Below are positions 36,164-47,636 of a stretch of 64,000 nucleotides of DNA, piece by piece. Every line of letters starts with the position of its first letter. Positions within the stretch are counted from its first letter, which is position 1. Below the pieces are notes generated by a model. That model saw nothing but the letters and a program-made list of their open reading frames with translations. It had not been told where the DNA came from and did no database searches. Source of the stretch: an uncultured Methanoregulaceae archaeon (GTDB taxonomy: Archaea > Halobacteriota > Methanomicrobia > Methanomicrobiales > Methanospirillaceae); contig OY969564.1 in assembly GCA_963701095.1 (NCBI GenBank), positions 2,144,001 through 2,208,000 on the forward strand. The letters run 5' to 3'. Position numbers and translations under genes: made by a program.

Positions 36164-36238
36164 CGGGCTTGGGGGGATTTGAACCCCCGACATCCGGGTT
36201 AGAAGCCCGGCGCTATGTCCAAGCTAAGCCACAAGCCC
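36164..36238 (-). tRNA. tRNA-Arg(UCU), CCA not encoded
   Basis: GGGCTTG...CAAGCCC-G acceptor; anticodon arm CCGGG-CTTCTAA-CCCGG. Confidence 0.95.
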
Positions 36239-36391
36239 TCGTGGTGGCTATAAGGTTCGTGTTCCGGGCTAATTAATCTGCGTCATGCGGATGAGTAGGT
36301 TCCTGATTAATCTGGAAATGTAACGGGGATGCACTGTTTTTGATTTATACTCTGATTTAACTGTAAAATAACGGATGAATTTTTTTGGGAT

Positions 36392-36790
36392 TCAACCAGC
36401 ATGATAACATGCAGCTTTAATTACTTCGACATACGTTGGTGAACAGAGCCTTTCATGGAATACTTCGCGTACTACAGATGAGAAACAATATTTAACCTGA
36501 ACTCTTGCAGACATCCTCTCCCGTTCTTCATAATATACACCTCTAGAGTATTCTACGATCCGTTTCATAGAGATAGATGACGAGAGAAGATCAACACAAA
36601 TGCCATTATCCCCGGGGCTTACGTCTTCAACATCGGTTGAGGTCATGAATATCTGTGCATCGGGCCCTGATTCGATACTGGCAATAGTCACTATATTCTG
36701 GGTGCTCTGGAGCTCAATAGTGCGGGGCCTTCCTTCCCGGAGATCTCGGATCACTTCTGGCGATATACCGGTTAATGCGGCGCATTTCAT
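36392..36790 (-). CDS. DUF473 family protein
   Basis: ALTGIS..VI.DL....RTIELQS.QN and EERE...ARVQ. Confidence 0.8.
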   Translation of the reverse strand: MKCAALTGISPEVIRDLREGRPRTIELQSTQNIVTIASIESGPDAQIFMTSTDVEDVSPGDNGICVDLLSSSISMKRIVEYSRGVYYEERERMSARVQVKYCFSSVVREVFHERLCSPTYVEVIKAACYHAG

Positions 36791-36796
36791 TTGAGG

Positions 36797-37525
36797 TCAC
36801 CCGTACATCGGAAGATCTTTTTTCGGCGTCGTGTCGGCAGACTGCTGGACTTCCTCGGAGATCTTGTGCATACTTTGTTCGATTTCGTCAGCCTGTTCCA
36901 GAAGCGGTTTTACATCGAGACCAAGGTTGTACATCTTGTTGAGCACTTCAATCGTTGCAGCTGATGAACGTGGATCCGGTGCATTTATCGTTTCTCCAAG
37001 AAGACCAAAACCCGGGATGCCCCGGATCTTACAGCCAGTGAGGATACTCGAAGCTACGCCAGAGATACTCCCTATGGGAAGCACGAGAGTATGATCCTGA
37101 ATCCTCTGGAGCGCTTCTGTAGTAGTTGCAACACCGAACACGCGTTTCTCGGATTCATTGGTTACAATTCCGGCAATAGTGAGCACTTCCTTTGGCTTAA
37201 AAGGAGCGAGCCAGTCAAGAATGCCGGTTGAGATCTCGTAACAAATCATCGGATGTATAGGAATGTCTGCGACAATAGCAGTAATATCGTTTTTCATGTA
37301 GAGCCGGACAGGATCATTTATCACACCTTTGTTCATCATGGCAAGCGGGGGGAAGTACCGGGAGGTCATGGTGCCTACCTGCTCGAACTCGAGCTGGTCG
37401 ACCATATACTGGAGAGCAATTGTACCAACAAGTCCGCTCCCGGGAAACCCCATCAAAATCGCGGCGCCTTCGCTTGGCGGGGGTTTTGAAAAAATCATGA
37501 GGTCCTGCGAAGAATCTGTCGTCAT
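36797..37525 (-). CDS. Proteasome assembly chaperone (PAC2) family protein with C-terminal MYG
   Basis: GFPGSGLVG.IA, PVRLY, PDPRS, LLEQADEIE. Confidence 0.9.
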   Translation of the reverse strand: MTTDSSQDLMIFSKPPPSEGAAILMGFPGSGLVGTIALQYMVDQLEFEQVGTMTSRYFPPLAMMNKGVINDPVRLYMKNDITAIVADIPIHPMICYEISTGILDWLAPFKPKEVLTIAGIVTNESEKRVFGVATTTEALQRIQDHTLVLPIGSISGVASSILTGCKIRGIPGFGLLGETINAPDPRSSAATIEVLNKMYNLGLDVKPLLEQADEIEQSMHKISEEVQQSADTTPKKDLPMYG

Positions 37526-37559
37526 TAAGTTAACATATACGCACTACCTAAAAAAGAGT

Positions 37560-37877
37560 ATGCAGGAGTACCCTATTAAACGAGGTTTGACAAAAGATCT
37601 CGAACAAAGAATTGTTACTGAACTTCGAACCTGTTTCGGGGTTGAGCCGGAAAAGAACGGGAATTCATACCGCATCAGCTATGGAGCATTGAAACGGCTG
37701 GAAGCGATTGCCGGTACAAGCGGAAAGACCCTTCGCGTGATCACCGAGTCAGATATAACCGCACCCGATGAGGTTATCATTGACACGAATAAAAGATTCA
37801 GAAAATTTCTTGACGGAACTACCGGATTCTCGACAAAAGAACGTGTGAAACGGGCAAAAAGCGTAGAAGGAGAATAA
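37560..37877 (+). CDS. Conserved archaeal protein (DUF5611-like)
   Basis: MQEYPIKRG...SYGAL...RFRKFL...TGF.TKER.K pattern. Confidence 0.75.
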   Translation: MQEYPIKRGLTKDLEQRIVTELRTCFGVEPEKNGNSYRISYGALKRLEAIAGTSGKTLRVITESDITAPDEVIIDTNKRFRKFLDGTTGFSTKERVKRAKSVEGE

Positions 37878-37934
37878 TTTTCATTCGTATTTTCTCTTTA
37901 ATACCCGCGCGGCCAGAAATTTCGAATAAAAAGA

Positions 37935-40724
37935 TTATTCGATCACAATAGCCGGCTTGAATGGGAGGGCTGTCGCCCCCTTTGTGAATCCGCTTGTTTC
38001 AGCATCGGCAATGTGAACAGGAATACCAAACTCATGTTCAAGAAACGCCTGGGCCGCTTCAAAAACTGCACGTTCATTCACCGATTCCTTTGCAAGCGGT
38101 GCAACGACGTGCGGAGGAAGGCGGTGGATGAGGGTGGTGCACTGCTTTGCAGCGTCGGTCGCTTCCCGGCCCCGTTTCTTCATTTCTTCGTTTTTCATTA
38201 TTTCTTTAAGAACCGAGTTTCGATCGTTTGAACTGGCGATTTTTTTAAAGATATCATGTTTCCATTCGGGCGCAAGTACTATAGTAATCGATTTTGGTGT
38301 GAGCTGGATAAGCTTCTTGATCGATTCTATGTCCTCAACCGTCCGTGCGAGAAGTTCCTCGGCGAGTTCGATATGAGTATTTACGAGGTTTTCATCAGCT
38401 ACTGGCCACTCTGCAAATGATATAAGATCATTATTGCCCAGTTGCTGCCAGAGATGTTCAGCAGTAAAGGGAATAAACGGTGCAAGAAGCCTGGTCCATA
38501 CCATGCAGAGTGTAGTTAACTCCCTGCTGCCGCAACAGCCTTCGGGTAGCCGACGCCGGTACCATTTCAGATCTGTCTCAATGCCAAACGAGGCCTCCTG
38601 GAGTGCCTGACGTGTCTGGAAGTTATCAAGGGCCGCAGTCATTCTTACGATATGTTCCTGAAGCCGGCTGATCAGCCAGCGATCGATATCCTGCGGTTCT
38701 CCGGCAGCGTCCCGAATTTCCATGATGGTTGCGTAAAATCGCTCGATCTGCTTTTTAGTGGAAAGGACCAGTTCGTTCCTCCAATCGAAATCCTGCCAGG
38801 GTTCTGCGCTCCCAGTCAAAAACATTCTGACAGTGTCAGCCCCAAATTCGCTGACTGCATCCTCAAGTAAGAAAACGTTGCCTTTGGAAGAGGACATTTT
38901 GGCCCCATTTAAGAGTCCCATGCCGAAAACGACCATGCCTTTGGGAAGCTTGTCCTTTTCGAAGATGGTTACATGGTGGAAGATCTGGAATGTAAGATGG
39001 TTCGAGATAAGGTCTTTTGCTGAGAAGCGGAAATCATACGGGTACCAGTAGAGGAACTCTTCTCTCATTGCGTCGAGTTTCTTTTTTTCGGGAAGATCGG
39101 GAGATTTCCTGCCAAGGAAGATATAATCGAAGACTTCAGGAGTTAGAAGTTTTGGATCGATATCCCGTATTCTATGGGCGATTGTATAATAGGCCATGTA
39201 GATCGTCGAATCAGAAAGTGGCTCGATCAGCTGGGTCTGGTCCCAGGGGAAACGGGTGCCAAGACCGACACGGCGCGTACAAGCCCAGTCTTTGAGCCAC
39301 CCGATTGTCCGTTCGAATTCTGCACGAACTTCAGGGGGGACAAGTGCCATATCGTTTAAATGTTCTCGTGTCTGTTGTTTCCATGCGGGATCGCTATACT
39401 TGAGGAACCACTGGTCGTGAAGAATCTTAACTTTTACCTTGTTTCCGCACCGACAGATCACAGGCCGGGTATCAAACTCGTACATAACGACCGAATTGTA
39501 TTTTTCACACATTTCCTGCGCCACTTCTTCCCGTGCAACCCTGACCGGCTGTCCCCCATACTTATCGAAGAGTTTTCCCTTCGAAAATTCGGCGGAATAA
39601 ATCTCCTGGGTGAGTGCGTCCATCCGGCTGTCCATCTGGTGCCGGATACCTGCCCGTTCAACGGCGTCTTGGGCGGGGATACTCCCATACCCCTCTACTT
39701 TTATCAAAGGAATCGGCTTGATTTGTGTATATTTTCCCTGTTGCTGCAGGTCGCGAAGCGCAATATAATCAAATGGTGCATGGGCAGGCACACTCATGAC
39801 CATACCTGTCGCCATATCCGGGTCAACAAAATCGGCGGGGAGAATAGGGATAGTACCGCAAAGTGGATGTGATACAGTCTTGTCGATGAGATTTTTCCCC
39901 TCCATCTCTTCTTTTACTTCGACTTTATGATCCTGCAAGACGAGTTTCTCTGCTGCTTCTTTTGAAACAATCCAGTTTTTACCGTCAATGAGTGCCCTAA
40001 CATAGGTCACGTTCGGATTAGCCCAAAGGTTAGTAACACCATGAATAGTTTCAGGCCGGAGGGTAGCGGTGGGGATAAATGCATCTCCATAATTGAACAT
40101 GACCAGCGTGAACTTGATCACTTCGGCTTTGTCCCCTTCGAGAAGATCGTGATCGCCTACAGGGTTTTCATCGACTGTACAATAACGGACCGGATGGGCA
40201 CCTTTAATAACGTGGCCTGCTTCATACAGGTGCTTCCACTGCCATTCGACGAATTTACTATAGGTCGGGTCTACCGTGATGAACCGTCGGCGCCAGTCAA
40301 TCGAGAGACCACATGAGGTCATCACACGTTGGTATTCGGCTGCAAAATGCTTGACAATTGTCAATGGCTCGGTAAATTCTGCGAGGACATTCTGCGGAAC
40401 TTTATAGAGATCTCGGTACAAATGGATTGTCTTTGGATCATTCCTCGCGATCCTCTTTGAGATTCCGACGACTGGTGCACCGGTAACATGGAAGGCCATT
40501 GGGAAAAGAACCTGTCTTCCCCTCATCCTCCAAAATCGAGCAATAACGTCCGGGACAATGTATGTGCGGCCATGGCCAACGTGCATAGCGCCACTTGGGT
40601 ACGGAAATGCGACGGTCAGGTAAAATTTTTCGCGGTCTGAAGGGTTGGACTCAAAAGCCCGATCCCACCGCTCATGTGCTTCTTTTTCAAACGTTCCCAA
40701 ATCAAATTCACTCAAACCATTCAC
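37935..40724 (-). CDS. leuS: Leucine--tRNA ligase
   Basis: [37 protein letters not shown]. Confidence 0.97.
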   Translation of the reverse strand: MNGLSEFDLGTFEKEAHERWDRAFESNPSDREKFYLTVAFPYPSGAMHVGHGRTYIVPDVIARFWRMRGRQVLFPMAFHVTGAPVVGISKRIARNDPKTIHLYRDLYKVPQNVLAEFTEPLTIVKHFAAEYQRVMTSCGLSIDWRRRFITVDPTYSKFVEWQWKHLYEAGHVIKGAHPVRYCTVDENPVGDHDLLEGDKAEVIKFTLVMFNYGDAFIPTATLRPETIHGVTNLWANPNVTYVRALIDGKNWIVSKEAAEKLVLQDHKVEVKEEMEGKNLIDKTVSHPLCGTIPILPADFVDPDMATGMVMSVPAHAPFDYIALRDLQQQGKYTQIKPIPLIKVEGYGSIPAQDAVERAGIRHQMDSRMDALTQEIYSAEFSKGKLFDKYGGQPVRVAREEVAQEMCEKYNSVVMYEFDTRPVICRCGNKVKVKILHDQWFLKYSDPAWKQQTREHLNDMALVPPEVRAEFERTIGWLKDWACTRRVGLGTRFPWDQTQLIEPLSDSTIYMAYYTIAHRIRDIDPKLLTPEVFDYIFLGRKSPDLPEKKKLDAMREEFLYWYPYDFRFSAKDLISNHLTFQIFHHVTIFEKDKLPKGMVVFGMGLLNGAKMSSSKGNVFLLEDAVSEFGADTVRMFLTGSAEPWQDFDWRNELVLSTKKQIERFYATIMEIRDAAGEPQDIDRWLISRLQEHIVRMTAALDNFQTRQALQEASFGIETDLKWYRRRLPEGCCGSRELTTLCMVWTRLLAPFIPFTAEHLWQQLGNNDLISFAEWPVADENLVNTHIELAEELLARTVEDIESIKKLIQLTPKSITIVLAPEWKHDIFKKIASSNDRNSVLKEIMKNEEMKKRGREATDAAKQCTTLIHRLPPHVVAPLAKESVNERAVFEAAQAFLEHEFGIPVHIADAETSGFTKGATALPFKPAIVIE

Positions 40725-40772
40725 CTTCTTGTCTCACGATGAAAACTGGTGCTTAATAAACTCCTAATGTGG

Positions 40773-42746
40773 TTATACCGGCCTCAGCTTGATGATCTCA
40801 TTATTCTGGTAGCGCCGGATCATTTCCTGCGCGATACTTGAATTCTTGGCAAGGCTGATCTCGCCGTTGTCGTTGACGGTTGCGGTAAAGAGGTACTCTT
40901 TGCCGGCAAAAACATCAACAATCTTACCGCACTGATCCGGGGCAATTATCATAAGTTGTTTTTTGTCGGTCTGGATTTTAATTCCGCCGCCAAGGGAGAT
41001 TTCACCTTCAGGTTTTGTAACGGGTTGGGAATGCTGGCGTTCAAGATCTGATTTGGGTTTGATGTCGATTCCGATCCCTATTTTGTTGACAATAGCCGAG
41101 ACGTTCTTGCCCCCTTTGCCTATGGCTGCCGGTACATCCTTATCATCGATATAAACTACTGCTTTTGTATCGCTGATCATCTCGACATCAACCGAGCCAT
41201 CGGTATATCTTCCGATCTCCCGCTGTATTTCCTTCTCGTTTAGCTTCCAGCCCGGATGATCCTCTGCAGGCGACCGGGGCGTGGCATCGGGAATAGCGGC
41301 AAGAGAACTACTGGGTTTGCTGGTCGGAAGAACCGGCTGACCGATATTCTGGATCGATAGTGATTTTTGAGGTGTTGTTACCGATATTTCGGGACCCTTG
41401 GAGAGAACTGGCATGACAATAGTCTGACCGTCATACCTGAACACGTCGAGTACAAGGCTGCCCGACTCGAAATCTGTTACGGTGGTTACAGGCCGGATGT
41501 GCATTTCGTTACCCATACCTTCGGGCACCTTAATTGTGAATCCAACATCATAGATCTTTGTAACTACACCTTTTTCTAAAAACACAATGGTGTTAATTAT
41601 CTGCGCAAGGACGGAGAAGTCCTCGCGATCGGAAAATCGCTGTAGTGCATCCTGGACACTGTTAGCGTGAATGACGCCAACCATTCCAAGTCCCGCAAGA
41701 CGCATATCAGCAAAAACCGTGAAATCTTCATTTTTCCGTAATTCATCGAATACCACAAAGTCCGGGCGAACCAGCAGGAGAACGTCTGCAGTGTTTGACA
41801 TGCTGCCATCAAGCGTAGTGTACTGCGTAATCTGGTCTGGGACTTGAAGTTCACGGGGGGCCTCCATGGTTTTAACAACGTATCCGCTTTCAGAGAGGTA
41901 TGTCGCGATACCTTGAGCGAGTGTAGTTTTTCCTGCACCGGGTGATCCAGCGATAATAAGGCCTCTCCGGTCTGATACAATCCGTTTCTTGATAATGTCT
42001 GCTTTTGCATAATGGTCAAGTGTTACATCAACTATAGGGCGTACGGCAGTAATTTCCATGCCATCTGAAAAAGGCCGGCGGGCGATTGCTATACGAAGTG
42101 AACCTATCTGGACGACGGTAATTCCTCGCTTTTCGATCTCGATGAATCCGTCGGGATCTCGTTTTGCCCGTTCGAGAATCTCCTGAGCGAGGTTGCGGAG
42201 TTCGTATTCGCTGACCGGTTGATCACGGATTTTTACAAGCTTCATATCGTTGATTGTTCCCTTTTTAGCAACCGGACTGACGCGCTCCTTGAGGTATACC
42301 GCAATAGTGTGCTCGTCAAAGAACTGGTCAATACCAAGAGGGACAAAATCAGTGACCTGAGGTTTGAGGTAAATAACGTCAAGACCTTTCGCTCGCGCGA
42401 CTTCAGCCTGAACATTATCACTGGTGATAAAACGCGCAGCATTTTCGATTGCTATACTCCGTATCATCGCATCGATCTCGCCGCCACTCGCAAGTTTCAC
42501 TTGTTCAAGCGTAGGGCGGATACCGGAGAATTTTAATTCGATGGTTTTCTCCTCGGCCATCTTGCATAATGACTGGAGCTCATTGAGGCCAGAGAACCCG
42601 ATCTCGCGCCCATTATTTGCCTGGGCTTCGAGTTCTGCAATCACTGCCTCGGGGACGATTATTGTTGCTCCTTTGTATTCACCGGCTTTTATCATCGATG
42701 TTATACGTCCGTCGATGAGGACGCTTGTATCTGGTACCAGTATCAT
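40773..42746 (-). CDS. PIN-domain ATPase with KH domain (PINA family)
   Basis: VPDTSVLIDG PIN domain, GSPGAGKTT Walker A, RPDFVVFDE, AAIGKGGKN KH loop. Confidence 0.92.
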   Translation of the reverse strand: MILVPDTSVLIDGRITSMIKAGEYKGATIIVPEAVIAELEAQANNGREIGFSGLNELQSLCKMAEEKTIELKFSGIRPTLEQVKLASGGEIDAMIRSIAIENAARFITSDNVQAEVARAKGLDVIYLKPQVTDFVPLGIDQFFDEHTIAVYLKERVSPVAKKGTINDMKLVKIRDQPVSEYELRNLAQEILERAKRDPDGFIEIEKRGITVVQIGSLRIAIARRPFSDGMEITAVRPIVDVTLDHYAKADIIKKRIVSDRRGLIIAGSPGAGKTTLAQGIATYLSESGYVVKTMEAPRELQVPDQITQYTTLDGSMSNTADVLLLVRPDFVVFDELRKNEDFTVFADMRLAGLGMVGVIHANSVQDALQRFSDREDFSVLAQIINTIVFLEKGVVTKIYDVGFTIKVPEGMGNEMHIRPVTTVTDFESGSLVLDVFRYDGQTIVMPVLSKGPEISVTTPQKSLSIQNIGQPVLPTSKPSSSLAAIPDATPRSPAEDHPGWKLNEKEIQREIGRYTDGSVDVEMISDTKAVVYIDDKDVPAAIGKGGKNVSAIVNKIGIGIDIKPKSDLERQHSQPVTKPEGEISLGGGIKIQTDKKQLMIIAPDQCGKIVDVFAGKEYLFTATVNDNGEISLAKNSSIAQEMIRRYQNNEIIKLRPV

Positions 42747-43028
42747 AAAATATTCCTCCTTCATTATAGTATGGCTTTATATACTATTTGTTCAACGAAT
42801 GGGTACGTTGATGGTACTGATATGAGGCGTTGGGGTTTATAAGCGGTTCGGGGGGGAAAGGAAAATCTGTTTTCAAGATCGATCGCACACGACGTCCGAT
42901 TCATTGTTGAACTCAAGTCAGATAGCAGATTAAATAAGAAAATTCAATAAGTTTGACCGTCAGAGCATTATATTCCTTAAAGATATACCTTCCGAACGTA
43001 ACAATTATATGAAAAATGGAGGAGATTT

Positions 43029-43658
43029 ACGACAGTAAAACGGTGCCCTCGCTGCAAGACAGATAATCCGGGGATCTATGACCATTGTTTAAACTGCGGG
43101 ACTCCTCTACCTGAAATCACGAAGCCACAATGGATGCATAGGGTTCTCCTTCCGGCATTTGTGATTGTACTTGTCGTTATAGTGGCTATGGTCATTTTAG
43201 TCCCTGCTCTTCTATATTCTGTGACGAGTGGCGGGATCATTTCTACAGCTATCCATAGTACTCCCCTGTCTCAGAACCAGCTTCCTCAATTCGAGATCAA
43301 CCAGCCTGCCCGGGTTGGCGACATTCAGGTAACAATAACGGGAGATCACATCGGTCTTGAACAATTCACCGGTGACAGGTTTTACACTGTAACGGTATCA
43401 GTACAAAATTTTAATTCAGAACAAACTTACCTACTTTCTGCGACAGATTTTGTTCTTACAGATTCCGGCGGAAATTATTATAGTCCTCTTGGAATACAAT
43501 CAAAAACCTCGTATGATGCTCTTCCCGGCCAGACCGGAACTGTAGATTTGGTTTATATCATCCCACAAGGTACTAACCATCTGCGATTGTTGTATGCCTT
43601 CCCTCCTGACACAGCGGCTCCTGGTGAAGAGCGGTCTGAGGTTGCCTTTATCCTGTAA
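43029..43658 (+). CDS. Zn-ribbon + TM + DUF4352-like extracellular protein; start unresolved
   Basis: In-frame CPRC...CLNC upstream of ATG 43134; TM helix; FVLTDSGGNYY and PGQTGTVDLVY pattern. Confidence 0.7.
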   Translation, partial: TTVKRCPRCKTDNPGIYDHCLNCGTPLPEITKPQWMHRVLLPAFVIVLVVIVAMVILVPALLYSVTSGGIISTAIHSTPLSQNQLPQFEINQPARVGDIQVTITGDHIGLEQFTGDRFYTVTVSVQNFNSEQTYLLSATDFVLTDSGGNYYSPLGIQSKTSYDALPGQTGTVDLVYIIPQGTNHLRLLYAFPPDTAAPGEERSEVAFIL

Positions 43659-43765
43659 TACAATGTTCATGAGAATAGGGCTGGGCATCAATATAGGGCA
43701 CATACAATAAAATAAACTGATAAAATAACCATGAATCTTTTATATCCTGTAACAAACCTTATTCC

Positions 43766-44149
43766 ATGCATCTTCGATCTGGTCGTGGAGCACTTATCAT
43801 CGGTGTTCTCTTCCTTATAGTTGCGCTCATTTTTATTGCGGGTTGCACTAACAAATCCACACCCCCTCCGCCACCGACAATGGTCTATACTCCTCAAACA
43901 ACTATCCTCATGGGAAGTGCAAGTGTTAACCCCCAGATCCTTGTTATCAGCAAAGGCGTAACGATCACGTGGCTTAATCAGGATTTGGGATTTCATATCA
44001 TTACATCAGATTCTGGGGATCCTGACTCTTTTACTTCTCCGCCTCTCGCAACTAATCAGGAATTCCAATTCACGTTTACCATTCCGGGAACATATGAATA
44101 CCATTACACGGACGATTCAGCAGTAAAAGGAACAATTATAGTGCATTAA
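43766..44149 (+). CDS. Cupredoxin/halocyanin-like lipoprotein with degenerate copper site
   Basis: IAGC lipobox; PQILVISKGVTITWLN, FTFTIPGTYEY, KGTIIV fold signature. Confidence 0.8.
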   Translation: MHLRSGRGALIIGVLFLIVALIFIAGCTNKSTPPPPPTMVYTPQTTILMGSASVNPQILVISKGVTITWLNQDLGFHIITSDSGDPDSFTSPPLATNQEFQFTFTIPGTYEYHYTDDSAVKGTIIVH

Positions 44150-44255
44150 TCTTACAAACCAACAAAAAAGATTTTCTTCCGGTTCTTTCCGAAGATAATC
44201 TTCATCGCGAAAGGTGTAACCAATTGGGGGATCCGAAGATCAATTCTAAAAAAAA

Positions 44256-44906
44256 TTACTTGATTTCGATTCTTTCGCCTGTTTCCATATAATGAACATT
44301 CTCCGACATTTTACAGGCATGATCGGCGCAGCGCTCCAGGTATCGGGCTATAATAATATAGTAGGTAGCCAGCGTGATGTTCTTTGGATTCTCCATCATG
44401 AATGTTATAGCTTCGCGGAAGATTGAGTGACGTAGTGTATCAATCGCATCATCTCGTGCCGAAAATCCCTCGAGTTTTTTCAGGTTCTCTGTCTCATAAG
44501 CGTTGATAGCGTCTTCAACCATCGCGATAACATATTCCGACATCAGTGGAATACTCATCATGTTTGCAATATGAGGCTTTCCTGAAATTTCTTTAATTAT
44601 TTTTGCTGTAGATTTGCCATATCTCCCAATCCGTTCTGATGCGGAAATCATTTTGAGAGAGCAGACAATAATTCTCATATCTTTTGCCACTGGCTGGTTC
44701 AATGCTATAAGCTGGTAACAATTCTCTTCAAGAGCAACCGTCATTTCCCTGAGTTGATCTTTTCTGTTTATTACCGTTGCTGCGAGGGTGGAATCCTGAT
44801 TACTGAAAGCTTCCTGAGAATCCTTTAGCATAGATAATGCAAATTGGGACATTCCCGTGACATCTTTTTTAAGATCTTTAAGTTCAGTATGAAATTTATC
44901 AGTCAT
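44256..44906 (-). CDS. phoU: Phosphate signalling protein PhoU
   Basis: IALNQPVAKDMR, ERIG and LERCADHA repeats. Confidence 0.95.
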   Translation of the reverse strand: MTDKFHTELKDLKKDVTGMSQFALSMLKDSQEAFSNQDSTLAATVINRKDQLREMTVALEENCYQLIALNQPVAKDMRIIVCSLKMISASERIGRYGKSTAKIIKEISGKPHIANMMSIPLMSEYVIAMVEDAINAYETENLKKLEGFSARDDAIDTLRHSIFREAITFMMENPKNITLATYYIIIARYLERCADHACKMSENVHYMETGERIEIK

Positions 44907-44915
44907 TCTCCCTCC

Positions 44916-45677
44916 TTAACCGAACCGTCCGGTAATATAATTCTCGGTTAAATCTTCTTTCGGGTGCTCGAAAATATTAGTCGTTTTGTCATACTCGATC
45001 AGCTTTCCCAGGTACATGAATCCGGTGAAATCGCTGACACGGGCTGCCTGTTGCATGTTATGCGTGACAATAATGACCGTATAGTCTTCTTTGAGCATTT
45101 CGATGAGGTTCTCAATCTTAGCCGTGGCGATTGGATCAAGTGCCGAACAGGGTTCGTCCATAAGAATCACTTCGGGACCCACTGCTAAGGTACGGGCTAT
45201 GCAAAGCCTCTGCTGCTGACCACCGGAAAGCCCAAGAGCTGAATCGTTAAGTCTGTCCCGGACTTCTTCCCAGAGAGCTGCATGACGTAGACTCTTTTCG
45301 ACAATTGCATCAAGGTTCGCACGATCATTTATTCCGTGAACCCGGGGGCCGTATGCAACGTTTTCGTATATTGATTTGGGGAAGGGATTAGGCCGCTGGA
45401 AAACCATGCCGACCCTTTTTCTTAACGCTACTACGTCCATGCCATCACCGAGCATATTCTCGTGGTCAAGGAGGAGCTCACCGGTCATCCTGACTTTGCT
45501 GATAAGATCATTCATTCGGTTGAAGCATCGCAGAAGCGTGGATTTCCCACACCCTGACGGTCCGATGAGTGCGGTAGTCTTCTTCTTTTCTATCTCCATG
45601 GTTATATCCTGGAGTGCATGTTTCTCGTTATACCAGAGGTTCAGGTTTTTTGTGGAAATGACGTTTGAATCGGACAT
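44916..45677 (-). CDS. pstB: Phosphate ABC transporter ATPase
   Basis: [37 protein letters not shown]. Confidence 0.97.
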   Translation of the reverse strand: MSDSNVISTKNLNLWYNEKHALQDITMEIEKKKTTALIGPSGCGKSTLLRCFNRMNDLISKVRMTGELLLDHENMLGDGMDVVALRKRVGMVFQRPNPFPKSIYENVAYGPRVHGINDRANLDAIVEKSLRHAALWEEVRDRLNDSALGLSGGQQQRLCIARTLAVGPEVILMDEPCSALDPIATAKIENLIEMLKEDYTVIIVTHNMQQAARVSDFTGFMYLGKLIEYDKTTNIFEHPKEDLTENYITGRFG

Positions 45678-45680
45678 AAG

Positions 45681-47636
45681 TTATCCTCGTGCCTGTTTTG
45701 CATAGTGATTCCGGATCAGAATAGCGATAGCGTAAAAAGCTACGACCATTATCAGGAGGACAAGGGCTGTACCGTACTTGTTGGTCGATGAGCCCGGTAC
45801 GTTGGTCGACAGGATGAAGAGATGGTAGGGCAACGCCATCACGGGCTGGAAAAGCGATGTAGGTAAGAACCGGGTAGAGAATACGACTGCCACGAACATG
45901 ATCGGTGCAGTTTCTCCAGCAGCCCTCCCAATCGAGAGGATTGCACCGGTAACGATTCCTGGGACCGCAGGTGGAAGTACCACTTTGCGGATAGTCTGCC
46001 ACTGCGTCGCACCAAGTGCCAGGCTCCCTTCGCGGAGAGACTGAGGGACGTTTTTAAGTGCCTCTTCCGTGGTACGAATCACGGTAGGCAGAACCATCAA
46101 GGCAAGTGTAATCATGCCGGCAAGGAGGCTTACACCGATGTTTAGAAATATCACGAGGAATGCAAAGCCGAAGAGACCAAATACGATCGAAGGTGTCCCA
46201 TTGAGAAGGTCGACACCGGTCCGGATCAGTTTTGTAATCCGCCCTTCCCGGGTGTATTCGACCAGATAGATAGCCGCCCCGACACCCAGGGGGAGGGCAA
46301 TAGCAATCGCTCCTCCCACCAGGTATAGTGTCCCGACAATCGCCGGGAATATCCCGCCACTCCTGCCCAGATCAGTGGGTGGTTGGGTCAGGAATTGCCA
46401 TGACATTGCTGGTAACCCGTTTATAATAATGTAACCCAGAATTATTGCCAAAATGGCCAAAACAGCTATCGCAGCTGCAATAACACAGGCAAATGCTACC
46501 TTCTCTATATGGTGTCTTGATACCTGATTCCTGCCGTAGTGCCAAGCCGCTGCCGCAAAAATGATGATGAGCGCTACCTCCCAGAGTCCGATAACGAGGA
46601 AAAGAAGCGCGAAGAGCGCCAGGATGATTATTCGTGACCCGGAGTGGAGTTTATCCTTGATTAAATCAAGAGTGGGTGATTGAATCAGGGGTTTTTTCGC
46701 TCTGCTTCCCATCCTGCCTTCCTTAATGTACGACAGAATGGCAACTGCGCTCATGTTGATAATGAGCGTAATGATAAGAAGTACTAAGGCCACACCAAAC
46801 AATGCATGGTAGTGCGTACTCCCGATCTCAACATCTCCCATCTCAATACCAAGGGTGCCGGTTAATGTTCGGACAGAAGAAAGCACATTCCAGATCGGGT
46901 TCGGGATGATGGCAGTATTCCCGGTTACCATCAGAACGGCCATGGTCTCGCCAATTGCTCTTCCAATACCAAGGATTATTGCCGCTGCAATCCCGGAAAG
47001 GGCAGCCGGAACAATAACACGAATTATCGTCTGCCATCTGGTTGCCCCTGTCGCAAGAGATCCTTCCTTGTATTCTCGAGGAACTGAACTGATGGCATCT
47101 TCGGAAACGCTAATGATCGTGGGAAGGGCCATAACCCCAAGGATAATCGACCCGGCAAGCCATGTCTGCCCGCTCGGGACGTTAAATGAGATACGGATGA
47201 AATTGCTTAGGACGATCAAGCCAAAGAAACCATAGACGACAGAAGGGATACCGGCAAGAAGCTCAGTTGCCGGCTTAAAAACGCTTTTTACCCGGGGTGA
47301 TGCAAGTTCAGAAATATAAATAGCACAGCCGATAGAAAGCGGAACAGCAAAAACCATGGCACCGAGAGTAACAAGAAGCGTACCTACGATGAGCGCGGAT
47401 ATCCCATACAACGGTACAACTTGGGCTGGTGCCCATGTAGGACCGAAGAGGAAATTAACCAAACCCACAGTTTCAAAGATTGAATAACCGTCCCGTAATA
47501 AGAAGAGCAGAATAAATGCAACAACGATGACTGCGAAAAATGCTGTGAAGAAAAATACAGATCTAATGACCTTTTCCCTGATGCGGGAAACCGTCGCGGT
47601 ACTTCCCGGGCTCTTTTGAGTATTGAATTCTGACAG
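45681..47636 (-). CDS. pstA: Fused phosphate ABC permease PstC-PstA, probable CTG start
   Basis: Two permease halves (LAGIPSVVYG/RAIGETMAV and LNGTPSIVFG/RAAGETAP) in one ORF; the first TM helix lies upstream of GTG 47468. Confidence 0.9.
   Translation of the reverse strand: MSEFNTQKSPGSTATVSRIREKVIRSVFFFTAFFAVIVVAFILLFLLRDGYSIFETVGLVNFLFGPTWAPAQVVPLYGISALIVGTLLVTLGAMVFAVPLSIGCAIYISELASPRVKSVFKPATELLAGIPSVVYGFFGLIVLSNFIRISFNVPSGQTWLAGSIILGVMALPTIISVSEDAISSVPREYKEGSLATGATRWQTIIRVIVPAALSGIAAAIILGIGRAIGETMAVLMVTGNTAIIPNPIWNVLSSVRTLTGTLGIEMGDVEIGSTHYHALFGVALVLLIITLIINMSAVAILSYIKEGRMGSRAKKPLIQSPTLDLIKDKLHSGSRIIILALFALLFLVIGLWEVALIIIFAAAAWHYGRNQVSRHHIEKVAFACVIAAAIAVLAILAIILGYIIINGLPAMSWQFLTQPPTDLGRSGGIFPAIVGTLYLVGGAIAIALPLGVGAAIYLVEYTREGRITKLIRTGVDLLNGTPSIVFGLFGFAFLVIFLNIGVSLLAGMITLALMVLPTVIRTTEEALKNVPQSLREGSLALGATQWQTIRKVVLPPAVPGIVTGAILSIGRAAGETAPIMFVAVVFSTRFLPTSLFQPVMALPYHLFILSTNVPGSSTNKYGTALVLLIMVVAFYAIAILIRNHYAKQARG

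Noticed and set aside
40773..42746. VapC toxin or second pilus ATPase
   Set aside because: The PIN-ATPase-KH architecture is the conserved archaeal PINA family; no antitoxin is adjacent.
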